This document shows positions 7,737 to 17,186 of a DNA stretch of 64,000 nucleotides, one piece after another; within the stretch, counting starts at the first letter, position 1, and every line of letters begins with the position of its first letter. Made by a program: the position numbers and the translations under genes. The stretch spans positions 901 through 64,900 of IMG/VR virus record IMGVR_UViG_3300027759_000087; one strand, 5' to 3'. The notes under the pieces are model-generated. The model had not been told where the DNA came from and did not search any database. It saw only the letters and a program-made list of their open reading frames with translations. This DNA is from a virus (lineage: Duplodnaviria > Caudoviricetes).

Positions 7737-8000
7737 TTAGTTATCACTATCAGTTCCCTCCCGAGCTTCCTTTTGAGCCTTACGTTTTGCCTTTTGTTTT
7801 TCCCAGTCTACGTCTTTCCACTTGCGCCACTCTTGCACATGTATACGTCGAGCAGAGCATATCCTACGAATTTCACTCATCCAGAACCGAACGTCCATCC
7901 CTGCACGTTTGGTACCTTCTGCTAGCCAACGTTGATTTGCCTTAAAGTATTCCTTAAAAGCATCCATTAGTTGTGAGTGTAATTCCTCGTCCTGGTGCAT
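7737..8000 (-). CDS. small basic protein resembling the Hc1 histone-H1-like family
   Basis: The pattern EGTKRAG..VR...SEIRR....RR..VQE recalls the Hc1-type G.K.AG.RAR helix pair; basic C-terminus. Confidence 0.5.
   Translation of the reverse strand: MHQDEELHSQLMDAFKEYFKANQRWLAEGTKRAGMDVRFWMSEIRRICSARRIHVQEWRKWKDVDWEKQKAKRKAQKEAREGTDSDN
7738..7745 (-). promoter_or_regulatory. possible variant late promoter GATAACTA just upstream of the GIY-YIG gene
   Basis: One mismatch to GATAAATA; lies 6 nt before the ATG, which would give a nearly leaderless transcript. Confidence 0.4.
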
Positions 8001-8500
8001 TATCCTACCTTATAGTACGCAACGCCATCTGTTGCATGTATTTTAATTGATTCTCTATGTCTAGGGAGCTCACTCATTCCTATGTTCAGTGGTAACATTA
8101 GATCAGTTTTATCTAATGAAAAATAAACTTTCTTACAGCCAAACGCCTGTGTTGATTCATGTACTACACGATGATGCGGATGACCGTATTCACCTTCTTC
8201 ATTGTGTGTTAATATTAAATCGTAGCCTATTGTTGCTCTACGCAGAGCCCTGATAGCATCAAACTTATCCCATGTGAGCAAACTATCCGTACCTAAATCC
8301 CTGCCGTGATCTTTGAATCCTAAAAACTCAGTATTAACACCACGCTGCCGCCAGTACCTAGCAATTTCACGACCACGCTTGTGCCAGCGCCAACAGGTTA
8401 GATACACAATGTTCCATTCGTATTCTGGATGTGCATCCATAAACGCACTGGCAAATATAACACAATCATCCGGATGAGCTACTAAGGCAATTGCTTTCAC
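8000..8500 (-). CDS. PIG-L/LmbE-family N-deacetylase
   Basis: AHPDD metal motif near the N-terminus and THN..GEYGHPHH downstream. Confidence 0.85.
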   Translation of the reverse strand: MKAIALVAHPDDCVIFASAFMDAHPEYEWNIVYLTCWRWHKRGREIARYWRQRGVNTEFLGFKDHGRDLGTDSLLTWDKFDAIRALRRATIGYDLILTHNEEGEYGHPHHRVVHESTQAFGCKKVYFSLDKTDLMLPLNIGMSELPRHRESIKIHATDGVAYYKVG

Positions 8501-10275
8501 TCTGTGACCTCAAGATCAGTAGCGTATGATGTAAAGCCATTTTCTTTAATAACTCTAAGTACATTGTTAACACGACCAATTAGCTCGTCTTTGTGGCTGA
8601 TTAAGAAAATATTTTTCTTACGTTCACGTCCCATCTTTTTAAGTACACTGAGCGCACTTTCAACACCGCTGGCATCTAATCCGTTATCAATAAGCTCGTC
8701 AACAAATAACAAGTTAATGCTTTGATATAGGCTTTCCCATACATCGCGGAATGCCCATGATAATCCAAGAATAAGTCTATTTCGTTCCCCTCGACTTAGA
8801 TTATCAAAATCTAAATCTTGTCCTAGTTGGGTAATTTCAACAGTGAGATCGTTTTGGAATACAACAGTATGCGGTAGTCCCATGCGATCAAGATAATAGG
8901 TTAACCTATTATTAAGGTATGCTAGGTTTTGATCTATGATCTTCTTACGAATAAACGAGTCTTTTGAAGTTAGTAGCTTCAATAGAAACTCTTGGTGGTC
9001 TTTTAAGCTAGAAAGTTCATTAACACGATCCCATGTAATTTCTTGCATGGCGGTGTCTGTTAATTCATCGATCTGCTCTTGATACGGATCTGTTTCACCT
9101 GCTTTAATAGTCAGATTTGTTTCTAATGTTTTAAGATTATTTTGATGTTTAAGTGCTTGTTCAATAGTGTCATAATATGTTTCGGGCCGTCCACTAAGCT
9201 CACCGATAGCAATAATTTCTGTTGTAATTTTAGCTAGGTCAGCAACAACTTTATTGTGGTACTGTTGTGATTCTGCAAGATGCTTAGTAGCTTCGGCAGT
9301 CATTTCTTCATGTTTATGATCGTGAAGTTCTTGTTCACAAGCGTGACATTTTTTGTCCTGCAATTTAGCAAGCTCGCTAGAGTACTTTTTTACGCTTCGC
9401 TCCGCTTGTGCTGTCGCGCTATCTAACGTAGCTCTCTCCTTATTCAGGCTCTTTAGCTTGGCTGTCTTTTCATCAAACTCTTTAAGTTTAGCATGTTTAG
9501 CAAGCTCTGTATCAATGTCTACATTTTCTAATTCAATAATAGCACGACCAATTTTTTCAAGATCTTGATCGTGTTGATGGTTCCATGCATTTTGTCTTGT
9601 TAACAATGCATCAATACTTTGTTGTATTTTTTCATTAGCTTTTTTTGACGCTTCGATATTTGCACTTTCTTGTATAATACTATCTTTAGTTTGTCGGATT
9701 AGTTCTTTAAGTGTTTCTGCTTTCTCACTGAGCAAGGTAATACCTAACAACTGTTCAATGATAGCACGTTGGTCCGCAGCCTTCATAGACAAAAACGGCT
9801 CAGTATAAGTGTTAAGTGCAACCACGTGCTTGAACATGTCGTGACTCATACCTAGCAAGTCATCTAAGTCCTTTTGTGTCTCACGCATATCGCCCTGAGC
9901 ATCGTCGGTTTCTTCTGTTTCTTGTTCCTGATCGTTTACATAAAACTTCATAAGAGTAGGCTTGCGCCCACGCTCAACACGATAGACAACGCCGTCTTTT
10001 TCAAAAGCTAGTGTAACCAACATATTTTTATTATTAATTTTGTTGATTAAATTATCTTTCTTAATATTAGTAAGTGCATTACCAAACAGGGCAAAACTTA
10101 ATGCATTTACAATGGTTGTTTTTCCCGTGCCATTTCTACTTCCGCTATCATCTCCGCCTTGGTCTAAGTTTTCCCCTAGCACAAGTGTTAAGTTCTCTTT
10201 TGTAAAATCTACAGCTTGGGTTTGATTACCCACGCTCATAAAATTCTTAACAGTTAAATTTTTAATTTTAATCAT
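8497..10275 (-). CDS. gp46: recombination ATPase, Rad50/SbcC-like (T4 gp46)
   Basis: Walker A NGTGKTT, zinc-hook CHAC, signature LSRGE, Walker B LFVDE, ISH. Confidence 0.95.
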   Translation of the reverse strand: MIKIKNLTVKNFMSVGNQTQAVDFTKENLTLVLGENLDQGGDDSGSRNGTGKTTIVNALSFALFGNALTNIKKDNLINKINNKNMLVTLAFEKDGVVYRVERGRKPTLMKFYVNDQEQETEETDDAQGDMRETQKDLDDLLGMSHDMFKHVVALNTYTEPFLSMKAADQRAIIEQLLGITLLSEKAETLKELIRQTKDSIIQESANIEASKKANEKIQQSIDALLTRQNAWNHQHDQDLEKIGRAIIELENVDIDTELAKHAKLKEFDEKTAKLKSLNKERATLDSATAQAERSVKKYSSELAKLQDKKCHACEQELHDHKHEEMTAEATKHLAESQQYHNKVVADLAKITTEIIAIGELSGRPETYYDTIEQALKHQNNLKTLETNLTIKAGETDPYQEQIDELTDTAMQEITWDRVNELSSLKDHQEFLLKLLTSKDSFIRKKIIDQNLAYLNNRLTYYLDRMGLPHTVVFQNDLTVEITQLGQDLDFDNLSRGERNRLILGLSWAFRDVWESLYQSINLLFVDELIDNGLDASGVESALSVLKKMGRERKKNIFLISHKDELIGRVNNVLRVIKENGFTSYATDLEVTE

Positions 10276-11300
10276 AGGCTATTGTAAATTGCTAAAAGCG
10301 TATTCTTATCAAACTGGTCAGAGTCAATATTAATAAGCTGACTAGACACAATTTGATCTACTGATTCAAATGCTTGAATATCAATACTTGTATTGATTTC
10401 TGCATCTTTCTTTTCAGCAATCAATGTAAGTTCACGTATTTCATAATCTGAAATAAATTTTTCTTTAATAAAACTAGCTTCTTCATACGTGATATCAATA
10501 TCTAGTGTAACACGTAAATGTTGTTTAGGTTTAATAATTGTACCGGCTTCGTCAATAAGCTGGCTTAGTTTAACTGTACGGAATGTAGGCTGTGCAGGCC
10601 AGCTATGATATTCTGGTTCACCACCCCATTCCATAGTCATCATACCGCGGTCATCATCCCATGCATCTGCATAATTGTGCGGAAACGCATTACCAATATA
10701 AATCATGTTACGTTGTTGTTGGCGTTTATGAAAATGTCCGCTAAATCCTAGCTCATAACCTTTAAAACTATCTAGTTGGATCTCTCCGTGATCTGGCATT
10801 TGTACCATTGCGTTCATAAAAAAGCTAGGCAATTCAAAGTGCCCAAATATATACTTGCCACCTTTCTTGCCTATTGATCGCCATTCGTCCCCAACGAGCC
10901 AAGGACATAGAGTAACGTCACCAATAGTAGTGGGCTCGTGTACCACAGTGACGCCAGGAATATACTTTCCGAATTCAACGCTGTGGATGTCCCGCTTATC
11001 TTTGTAGTAAAGATCATGATTACCAGGAAAGAAATAAAACTTATCGAAAGCCTGTCCCAGTTTTTCAAGGGCTCTAAGGCTATAGTCCATAGTAGTAATA
11101 TTAAGACTGTTGCGATTGTGATGCCAGTCGCCCATAAAAATTCCAACATCGCATCCTTCCTCCTTGGCTTTTGCAATATACCAATCTACAAAATCTTCAC
11201 AGTCTTGATTATGCACACTACTGTTAGATTTTAGTCCAAAATGAATGTCTGTAAAACAAGCAACTTTTTTAAACAGTTGGTGTGTCGGTGGTTGGTTCAT
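10272..11300 (-). CDS. gp47: recombination nuclease, Mre11/SbcD-like (T4 gp47)
   Basis: TDIHFG, GDWHH, GNHD and SGHFH phosphoesterase motifs. Start moved to ATG 11300, which has a GAGG SD. Confidence 0.93.
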   Translation of the reverse strand: MNQPPTHQLFKKVACFTDIHFGLKSNSSVHNQDCEDFVDWYIAKAKEEGCDVGIFMGDWHHNRNSLNITTMDYSLRALEKLGQAFDKFYFFPGNHDLYYKDKRDIHSVEFGKYIPGVTVVHEPTTIGDVTLCPWLVGDEWRSIGKKGGKYIFGHFELPSFFMNAMVQMPDHGEIQLDSFKGYELGFSGHFHKRQQQRNMIYIGNAFPHNYADAWDDDRGMMTMEWGGEPEYHSWPAQPTFRTVKLSQLIDEAGTIIKPKQHLRVTLDIDITYEEASFIKEKFISDYEIRELTLIAEKKDAEINTSIDIQAFESVDQIVSSQLINIDSDQFDKNTLLAIYNSL

Positions 11301-12126
11301 TAGTGGTGTCCTCGTTATGACGTTTAAGTGCGGCCGCATGTTCTCCAGCGCCGGTACGTGAGTAAGATGGATTCATTCCATTCATTTCTAAGATATCATC
11401 ACGGATGTTTTGATTGCGTTTCTCAATGTTAATAACACGAACAAAACTATTAGTAACTGCCGCGGTAAAATAAGCAAACGGATTGTCAGACTTTGATTCA
11501 TCAAACTGTAATCCCACTTGTGTCAACTGTAAAATAGCTTGTCCACGCATTTCATCGTTATAGGTGTAACCTCGAACGTTGCCTCTAGTAGCATAGCGTT
11601 CACAAAGTTTAATCATCATGCGGGCTAGTGTGGGCGTAATTTGTCCAGCATCTTTGTCAAAATGACCTTTGTCCAAACTACCTTTCCAGTGACTTTTTCC
11701 AACACAAACCAGCTCGTCTTCATCGTTAAATTTCCAATGTTGAAATGGTGGAAAGTTAACTTTGTCACGATGGTCTGCTAAACTCTTTGGATTTTTCTTA
11801 CGTGTGTTGTTAAGCGGAATATGGTCAAACGTCATGACCCTAAACACTAAATCTAGCTTCTGGATCTTTTTATAATCAACTTCGCAGTCGGCCTGTTTGA
11901 CTTTTTCACCAGCCCGTTTGCGAGTTTGATATTCTAAATCGCCTATTCTTTTGGCTTGATTACGCTTGGCCTCTGCAACTGTGCGTATGTTTACTTTGTC
12001 TAAACTTGGTATAATCAAGTCGTATTGGTGATACTTTGGATCGGTAAAACTACAATAACTGCTTTTGGATCTATGTATTTCTAAAAGCATATCTTTGTTG
12101 TTTAAGTAATTGATTTTTGCTGTCAT
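11269..12126 (-). CDS. gp55: late-transcription sigma factor (T4 gp55-like), 285 aa
   Basis: NYLNNKD, RGYTYNDEM and FDESKSDNPFAYFT motifs. Start moved to ATG 12126 (GAGG SD, downstream of a sigma70 promoter). Confidence 0.9.
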   Translation of the reverse strand: MTAKINYLNNKDMLLEIHRSKSSYCSFTDPKYHQYDLIIPSLDKVNIRTVAEAKRNQAKRIGDLEYQTRKRAGEKVKQADCEVDYKKIQKLDLVFRVMTFDHIPLNNTRKKNPKSLADHRDKVNFPPFQHWKFNDEDELVCVGKSHWKGSLDKGHFDKDAGQITPTLARMMIKLCERYATRGNVRGYTYNDEMRGQAILQLTQVGLQFDESKSDNPFAYFTAAVTNSFVRVINIEKRNQNIRDDILEMNGMNPSYSRTGAGEHAAALKRHNEDTTNEPTTDTPTV

Positions 12127-12147
12127 TAAAGAGTCCTCGTAAAGTAA

Positions 12148-12176
12148 ATTATAAACTACGCACAGATTAAAGTCAA
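12148..12176 (-). promoter_or_regulatory. sigma70-type promoter TTGACT-17-TATAAT driving gp55/gp47/gp46
   Basis: -35 at 12176-12171, -10 at 12153-12148, 17-bp spacer. Confidence 0.85.
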
Positions 12177-12183
12177 ATAAATA
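12176..12183 (+). promoter_or_regulatory. late promoter AATAAATA for the baseplate operon
   Basis: About 23 nt upstream of ATG 12207, followed by an AGGAG SD-like sequence. Confidence 0.7.
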
Positions 12184-12206
12184 GAGTATCAGGAGAACCA
12201 AATATT

Positions 12207-13172
12207 ATGGGTCTATTCAATTCAGTACAAGGCTTAAACCAAGTCGTAGGCGGTGCGCAAACAGCATTTGGAGCTATCGAAGTAGCAACCAGTTTACCAA
12301 GCCAACTTGAAGGGCTTAATGCGTTTGGTAGCATTGACAATATACGCACTATTGGCTTGCCTACAGCAGGCGAAGCAGTTGGCGACATATATAGTGCGGT
12401 AGCAAGTTTTGGTGGTGGCGATGCCCCTAGCAATGATTGGCGTGTTCGATTAAGTTTGCCCAAATGGCCTAGCTTTAGAACAAGTCCGGTGTTATCTCCG
12501 TTAAAAGATGCGGGAGGTTTAATTTTTCCGTATACTCCAGTTATAACAATAAATCAGCAAACCACTTATACACCAATGGCACCAACCCATAACAACTATG
12601 CTTTCAACGCTTTTAAAAGTAGTGATCCGGGTACTATACAAATTGCGGCTCCTATGTATGTAGAAGATGCTGATCAAGCATTGTATTGGATCGCAATGCT
12701 ACATTATTTAAGAAGTGTTTCCAAAATGTTCAGCGGAAATGATCCAAAAGCTGGCAATCCTCCGCCTGTTGTTAATTTAAATGGCTATGGAAATTTTGTA
12801 TTTAAAAATGTACCGGTTGTTGTAACTGGGTTTAACATTACATTAGATAAGGATTGTGATTATATTGGATGCAATGTTGTAGGTAGTGCAATGGGAGCAG
12901 TATCAGGACTAGCCGATACACTTGGTGGACTTGCAGATAATTTTGGCTTAGAAGATATTAGTAGTGTATCAGGTACGCTGGGACAAATTGCAGGATTACT
13001 AGGCACGTTTGGCATTGGTGGCAGTACAAGCGGCGGAGTAACTCACGTCCCAACAAAAAGTACATTTACAGTAACCGTTAAACCAACATACAGCAGAACT
13101 AATGTTCGTAAATTTAGTCTAGATCAATTTGTAACCGGCGGCTACATGTCTGGTTCAACAGGATACATTTAA
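12207..13172 (+). CDS. baseplate tail-tube cap/initiator-like protein (gp48/gp54-type)
   Basis: GLIFPYTP.I, GNPPPVV.LNGYG..VFKNVPVVV and terminal VPT motifs typical of tube-initiator proteins; first gene of the baseplate operon. Confidence 0.6.
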   Translation: MGLFNSVQGLNQVVGGAQTAFGAIEVATSLPSQLEGLNAFGSIDNIRTIGLPTAGEAVGDIYSAVASFGGGDAPSNDWRVRLSLPKWPSFRTSPVLSPLKDAGGLIFPYTPVITINQQTTYTPMAPTHNNYAFNAFKSSDPGTIQIAAPMYVEDADQALYWIAMLHYLRSVSKMFSGNDPKAGNPPPVVNLNGYGNFVFKNVPVVVTGFNITLDKDCDYIGCNVVGSAMGAVSGLADTLGGLADNFGLEDISSVSGTLGQIAGLLGTFGIGGSTSGGVTHVPTKSTFTVTVKPTYSRTNVRKFSLDQFVTGGYMSGSTGYI

Positions 13173-13173
13173 T

Positions 13174-13473
13174 ATGGCTCAATACAAAGACACAAGTCCG
13201 TGGTCTATAACTCCAATAACACGCAACTATCTTGATATTTTAAGCATTAGAACTGTTAGTGCAGAGTCGGATGATTTTTTATATACAATTCAGCCGCAAT
13301 ATAATTTGCGCCCAGATTTGTTAGCGTTTGACTTATATGGTGATCCTGCACTATGGTGGGTGTTTACTCAACGTAATATGGATATTATACAAGATCCAAT
13401 TTTTGATTTCACAGCAGGCACTAAAATTTATATTCCAAAAAATAGTAGTCTTACAGAAATGTTAGGAATTTAA
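13174..13473 (+). CDS. baseplate wedge LysM-like protein (T4 gp53 / P2 gpX type)
   Basis: RPDLLAFDLYGDPALWWVF..RN...G.KIYIP. Confidence 0.85.
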   Translation: MAQYKDTSPWSITPITRNYLDILSIRTVSAESDDFLYTIQPQYNLRPDLLAFDLYGDPALWWVFTQRNMDIIQDPIFDFTAGTKIYIPKNSSLTEMLGI

Positions 13474-13474
13474 T

Positions 13475-15724
13475 ATGGCAAATACCGATATTAAAGAAAC
13501 AAGTACGCCAGCCAGCGCCACTTCACAATCATCTAGTAATCCTATTGCAACTGCAAGTTCTGTAATAGGTTTAGGCGCCGGAGCGGCCTCGTTGTTAGGG
13601 TTTAGTGCTGATACTAAATTCAAAGCACCAATGGGAAATCCCTTGCACAAATATGCAAGTTATACTCAAGTTTTTACTTTGGCAATATTAACACCTGATT
13701 TAATAGCTAACCCTGAAAAATATATTCTTAAAAAAACACCATTGCCTATTATTTTAAGAACTGCTGGTGGTAACCCAACAAATAGAATTAAAACACCGTT
13801 TGGTAAATTTGATTTTTATATTAATGATTTAGAAATCAAAAGTGTTTACGGATTCACTCAAGGTTTAGGAAATACCAATGCTACCCTATTTGATTTTACA
13901 GTATCAGAACCTTTCAGTGCAGGTATGTTTCCTATATCATTAAACGTTGCCGCCCAAAGCATTGTAGCAGACGGCAAATACACTTACAATAGTTTCACGG
14001 ACGCTACTTTTTTATTAAAAATTGAATTTATGGGAGTAGATCAAAACGGTAACATGATAAAAATACCAAACACTGATAAATTTTTACCTATAAAATTTAG
14101 ACGGGTAGATATGAGTGTTACTGAAGCTGGCGCAACCTACAAATGCTCAGCGCATGCCGCAGGCGATACTCCTGCAATGAGATCAAATTCAAAAATTTTA
14201 ACAGACATCACTGTTAAAGGAAGTAATGTTCAAGAAATATTACAACGTGGTCCAGAGAGTCTTCAAGCAATTATTAACAGTAGGCTAAGAGAAACTGCTA
14301 AAGCTTCGGATGTAAAAGGTAAAACTCCTACTGTAGCCGATGAAGTACTGATATTGTTTCCACCTGCCAACGACAAGGATGTGAAAACATCCGTGGCTGG
14401 AGAAAACGAAAACGACACAAAAAACTCAGCCGCGGCACCGCCAAAAAATGATAATAAATCAACAGTTGTTGCTAACTCTGAATTATTTGCAAAATTAAAT
14501 GTGGCTCGCGGCGATGTAAAATTAAACGGCGAAACACTAATACAACAACAAGTTAACTCAATTGGCATAGCCAGTATGGGGTATAGTGCGGCCGCCAAGC
14601 AAGCTAAAACTGCGGCCGCAACTACAGCAAATGCAATTCCAGAAAAAGGTGAAAACGCAGGTAAAGTAGTTAAAGCTGAAGTCGCAAAGAAAAATGCAAC
14701 AGTTACTGAATATACACTCCCGCAAGATACTACAATACAAAATGCTATCAATCAGATTATCATATCTAGTAACTACGGAGTTGATGAACTTAAACGCGAA
14801 CCTGACAAAACAACCGGAATGAAAAATTGGTGGAGAATTGAAACTGAATACTACGAGTTATCTAAATCAGCTAATGAAACAACCGGTCAGTGCCCAAAGT
14901 TATTTGTTTATAGAGTTGTACCGTATCTGTACCATCATACTGCTATGCCGGTAACTGGCTCAGCAAGTACATCATACAGTGGATTATTAAAACAATGCAT
15001 TAAAGTTTACAATTATATTTTTACAGGTAAGAATCAAGATATTTTAAAATTTAATTTAGACTTTGACTCTAAATTTATGGTGGCTATTACTAGTGATATG
15101 GGAACTATTGACGGGAAAGCAAAAGATACAAGAGGTGCTCCGGTCGTTAATAGCGGCGGTGGAGGCGGCCCAGCAAAGCCAACCGGTAAAGGCGGATTTA
15201 ATTTTAGTTCAACTTATACAGCAACTCGTACTAGATATGATAGACAAGGTCGTGGCGGCGACGAAACTCCTGAAATTAGATCTGTACGTATGATGTACGA
15301 TGCACTTACCTATGGATCGGATTTACAAAATCTTGAAATGGAAATAGTAGGAGATCCTTACTATCTAACAAGCAACGGTGTAGGAAACTATAGAGCCGCT
15401 CCTGATAAAAATTTAATGAATATTCTTTCGGACGGCAGTATAAATTATCAAAATGGAGAAGTTGATATTGCTGTTATTTTTAAGACACCGTTGGATATTA
15501 ATTCGGCCACTGGATTATATACTATGACTGGAAAAGCTGTTGGAGAATTCAGCGGGCTATACAAATTAAAAACAGTAACACACCGATTTAAAGACGGCCA
15601 GTTTACACAAACTATTTCAGGATCTCGGAGATCGTTTACTAAAGATGACACGTCTAACATAACTCGTGATTTGACTCCAAAACCAGACAGTGGCGGCGAC
15701 CGCGGAACAAGAGGAGGCGCATAA
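13475..15724 (+). CDS. baseplate hub protein (gp27 / Mu gp44-like)
   Basis: Lies between the gp53-like and gp5-like genes; C-terminal EIVGDP and FSGLYK...VTH.F..GQFTQ hub motif. Confidence 0.65.
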   Translation: MANTDIKETSTPASATSQSSSNPIATASSVIGLGAGAASLLGFSADTKFKAPMGNPLHKYASYTQVFTLAILTPDLIANPEKYILKKTPLPIILRTAGGNPTNRIKTPFGKFDFYINDLEIKSVYGFTQGLGNTNATLFDFTVSEPFSAGMFPISLNVAAQSIVADGKYTYNSFTDATFLLKIEFMGVDQNGNMIKIPNTDKFLPIKFRRVDMSVTEAGATYKCSAHAAGDTPAMRSNSKILTDITVKGSNVQEILQRGPESLQAIINSRLRETAKASDVKGKTPTVADEVLILFPPANDKDVKTSVAGENENDTKNSAAAPPKNDNKSTVVANSELFAKLNVARGDVKLNGETLIQQQVNSIGIASMGYSAAAKQAKTAAATTANAIPEKGENAGKVVKAEVAKKNATVTEYTLPQDTTIQNAINQIIISSNYGVDELKREPDKTTGMKNWWRIETEYYELSKSANETTGQCPKLFVYRVVPYLYHHTAMPVTGSASTSYSGLLKQCIKVYNYIFTGKNQDILKFNLDFDSKFMVAITSDMGTIDGKAKDTRGAPVVNSGGGGGPAKPTGKGGFNFSSTYTATRTRYDRQGRGGDETPEIRSVRMMYDALTYGSDLQNLEMEIVGDPYYLTSNGVGNYRAAPDKNLMNILSDGSINYQNGEVDIAVIFKTPLDINSATGLYTMTGKAVGEFSGLYKLKTVTHRFKDGQFTQTISGSRRSFTKDDTSNITRDLTPKPDSGGDRGTRGGA

Positions 15725-17184
15725 TGTCATATCAAGATATGAGTAATCAACGGCCTGTTGCTAATATTGATACTAGCCAAAAAAATCCCGGTCCTTTTTT
15801 AGCAAGAGTAATTGACAATCGTGATCCTGACCAAGAAGGAGCAATTCGTGTTCAGATTATCCACGAAGGTTCAACTGGATCTAGAGCAACGGGAGAATTG
15901 ATAACAGCTTATTATATGAGCCACTATTGGAGTGGAACGCCTCAACAATTTAACGGCCCAGCTGACACATTTCAAGATACGCAAAAAACTTGGGGCATGT
16001 GGATACCGACACCTGAAGTAGGGTCAATAGTTATAGTAATTTGTATAGAAGGCAACAGCGGAAATGCCTATTGGTTAGGCGGAGTAATTCATTCTCAGGT
16101 TGACAAATACAAAAATTTTGCAGTGCCCGACAGTGCGGCCACAACATATAATACTGAAGCCGAAGGAAAACGTTTACCAGTAGCAGAATTCAATGCTCTT
16201 ACTCAAGAAAAAGGTCCTTTAGAAACTACACTTAAAAAACCAGTTAATCCTATTAGAGATGTTTTTAACACACAGGGATTATTAGAAGATGATGTTAGAG
16301 GTATTACATCAAGCAGTGCTCGAAGAGAATCTCCTAGCAAAGTATTTGGCTTCAACACACCTGGTCCAATTGATTATAAAAGCCCTAAGAAAGATGTAGG
16401 TACTCCAAATAATGCATCATTAGCATTTGTACATAAATTAGGCGGAAGCACGTTTGTCATGGATGACGGTGACGATGAATTTTTTAGAAAAACTCCAGCC
16501 AGTGATGGACCTCCGGAATATGCAGAAGGACTTCCTACAGGTGCCCAGCAAATTCCGCATAACGATTTAATACGTATCAGAACACGTACAGGCCATCAAA
16601 TTCTGTTACACAACAGCGAAGATTTAATCTATATTGGTAATGCCAGAGGCACAACTTGGATTGAATTAACTAGCAACGGTAAGATTGACATATTTGCAGA
16701 AGATAGTATTAGCATACACACAAAAAATGATTTAAACATTCGTGCCGATAACGACATTAATCTAGAAGCAGGTAGAAATGTAAATTTAAAAGCTAATGGC
16801 AAGACTCATTTAGAATCTAAACTTGATTTAGAAATACTATCGTTGGGCGCAACTACACTATCGTCAACTAAAGCAATAGGTATGATATCAGCAGATAATC
16901 TTATTATAAATGCTAAAATGATTCATATGAATAGTCCAGGGCAAATAGTGATACCGCCTATACCATTAAAAACACACATGAATCTTACAGAAAAAGAAGG
17001 CACAACAATTGAATCTATTTTATTGCGTGTGCCCACACACGAACCATGGCCGTTACACGAGAATTTAAATCCTACTGATTTTATGCCTGCAAAAACTGAT
17101 ATTAAAACCGGATCAGCCGCGTCAGCCCCAAAATACTGGAAGTTATATTCTGCACCAAGAGACACCTTTAAACCAGGAAATTAA
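15724..17184 (+). CDS. gp5: baseplate central spike (gp5/VgrG-type OB fold plus short beta-helix), no lysozyme domain seen
   Basis: ARVIDNRDPD..G.IRV, P.VGS.V.V...G, IRIRTRTGHQIL, WIELTSNGKIDI, C-terminal VPTHEPW. Confidence 0.8.
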   Translation: MSYQDMSNQRPVANIDTSQKNPGPFLARVIDNRDPDQEGAIRVQIIHEGSTGSRATGELITAYYMSHYWSGTPQQFNGPADTFQDTQKTWGMWIPTPEVGSIVIVICIEGNSGNAYWLGGVIHSQVDKYKNFAVPDSAATTYNTEAEGKRLPVAEFNALTQEKGPLETTLKKPVNPIRDVFNTQGLLEDDVRGITSSSARRESPSKVFGFNTPGPIDYKSPKKDVGTPNNASLAFVHKLGGSTFVMDDGDDEFFRKTPASDGPPEYAEGLPTGAQQIPHNDLIRIRTRTGHQILLHNSEDLIYIGNARGTTWIELTSNGKIDIFAEDSISIHTKNDLNIRADNDINLEAGRNVNLKANGKTHLESKLDLEILSLGATTLSSTKAIGMISADNLIINAKMIHMNSPGQIVIPPIPLKTHMNLTEKEGTTIESILLRVPTHEPWPLHENLNPTDFMPAKTDIKTGSAASAPKYWKLYSAPRDTFKPGN

Positions 17185-17186
17185 TT

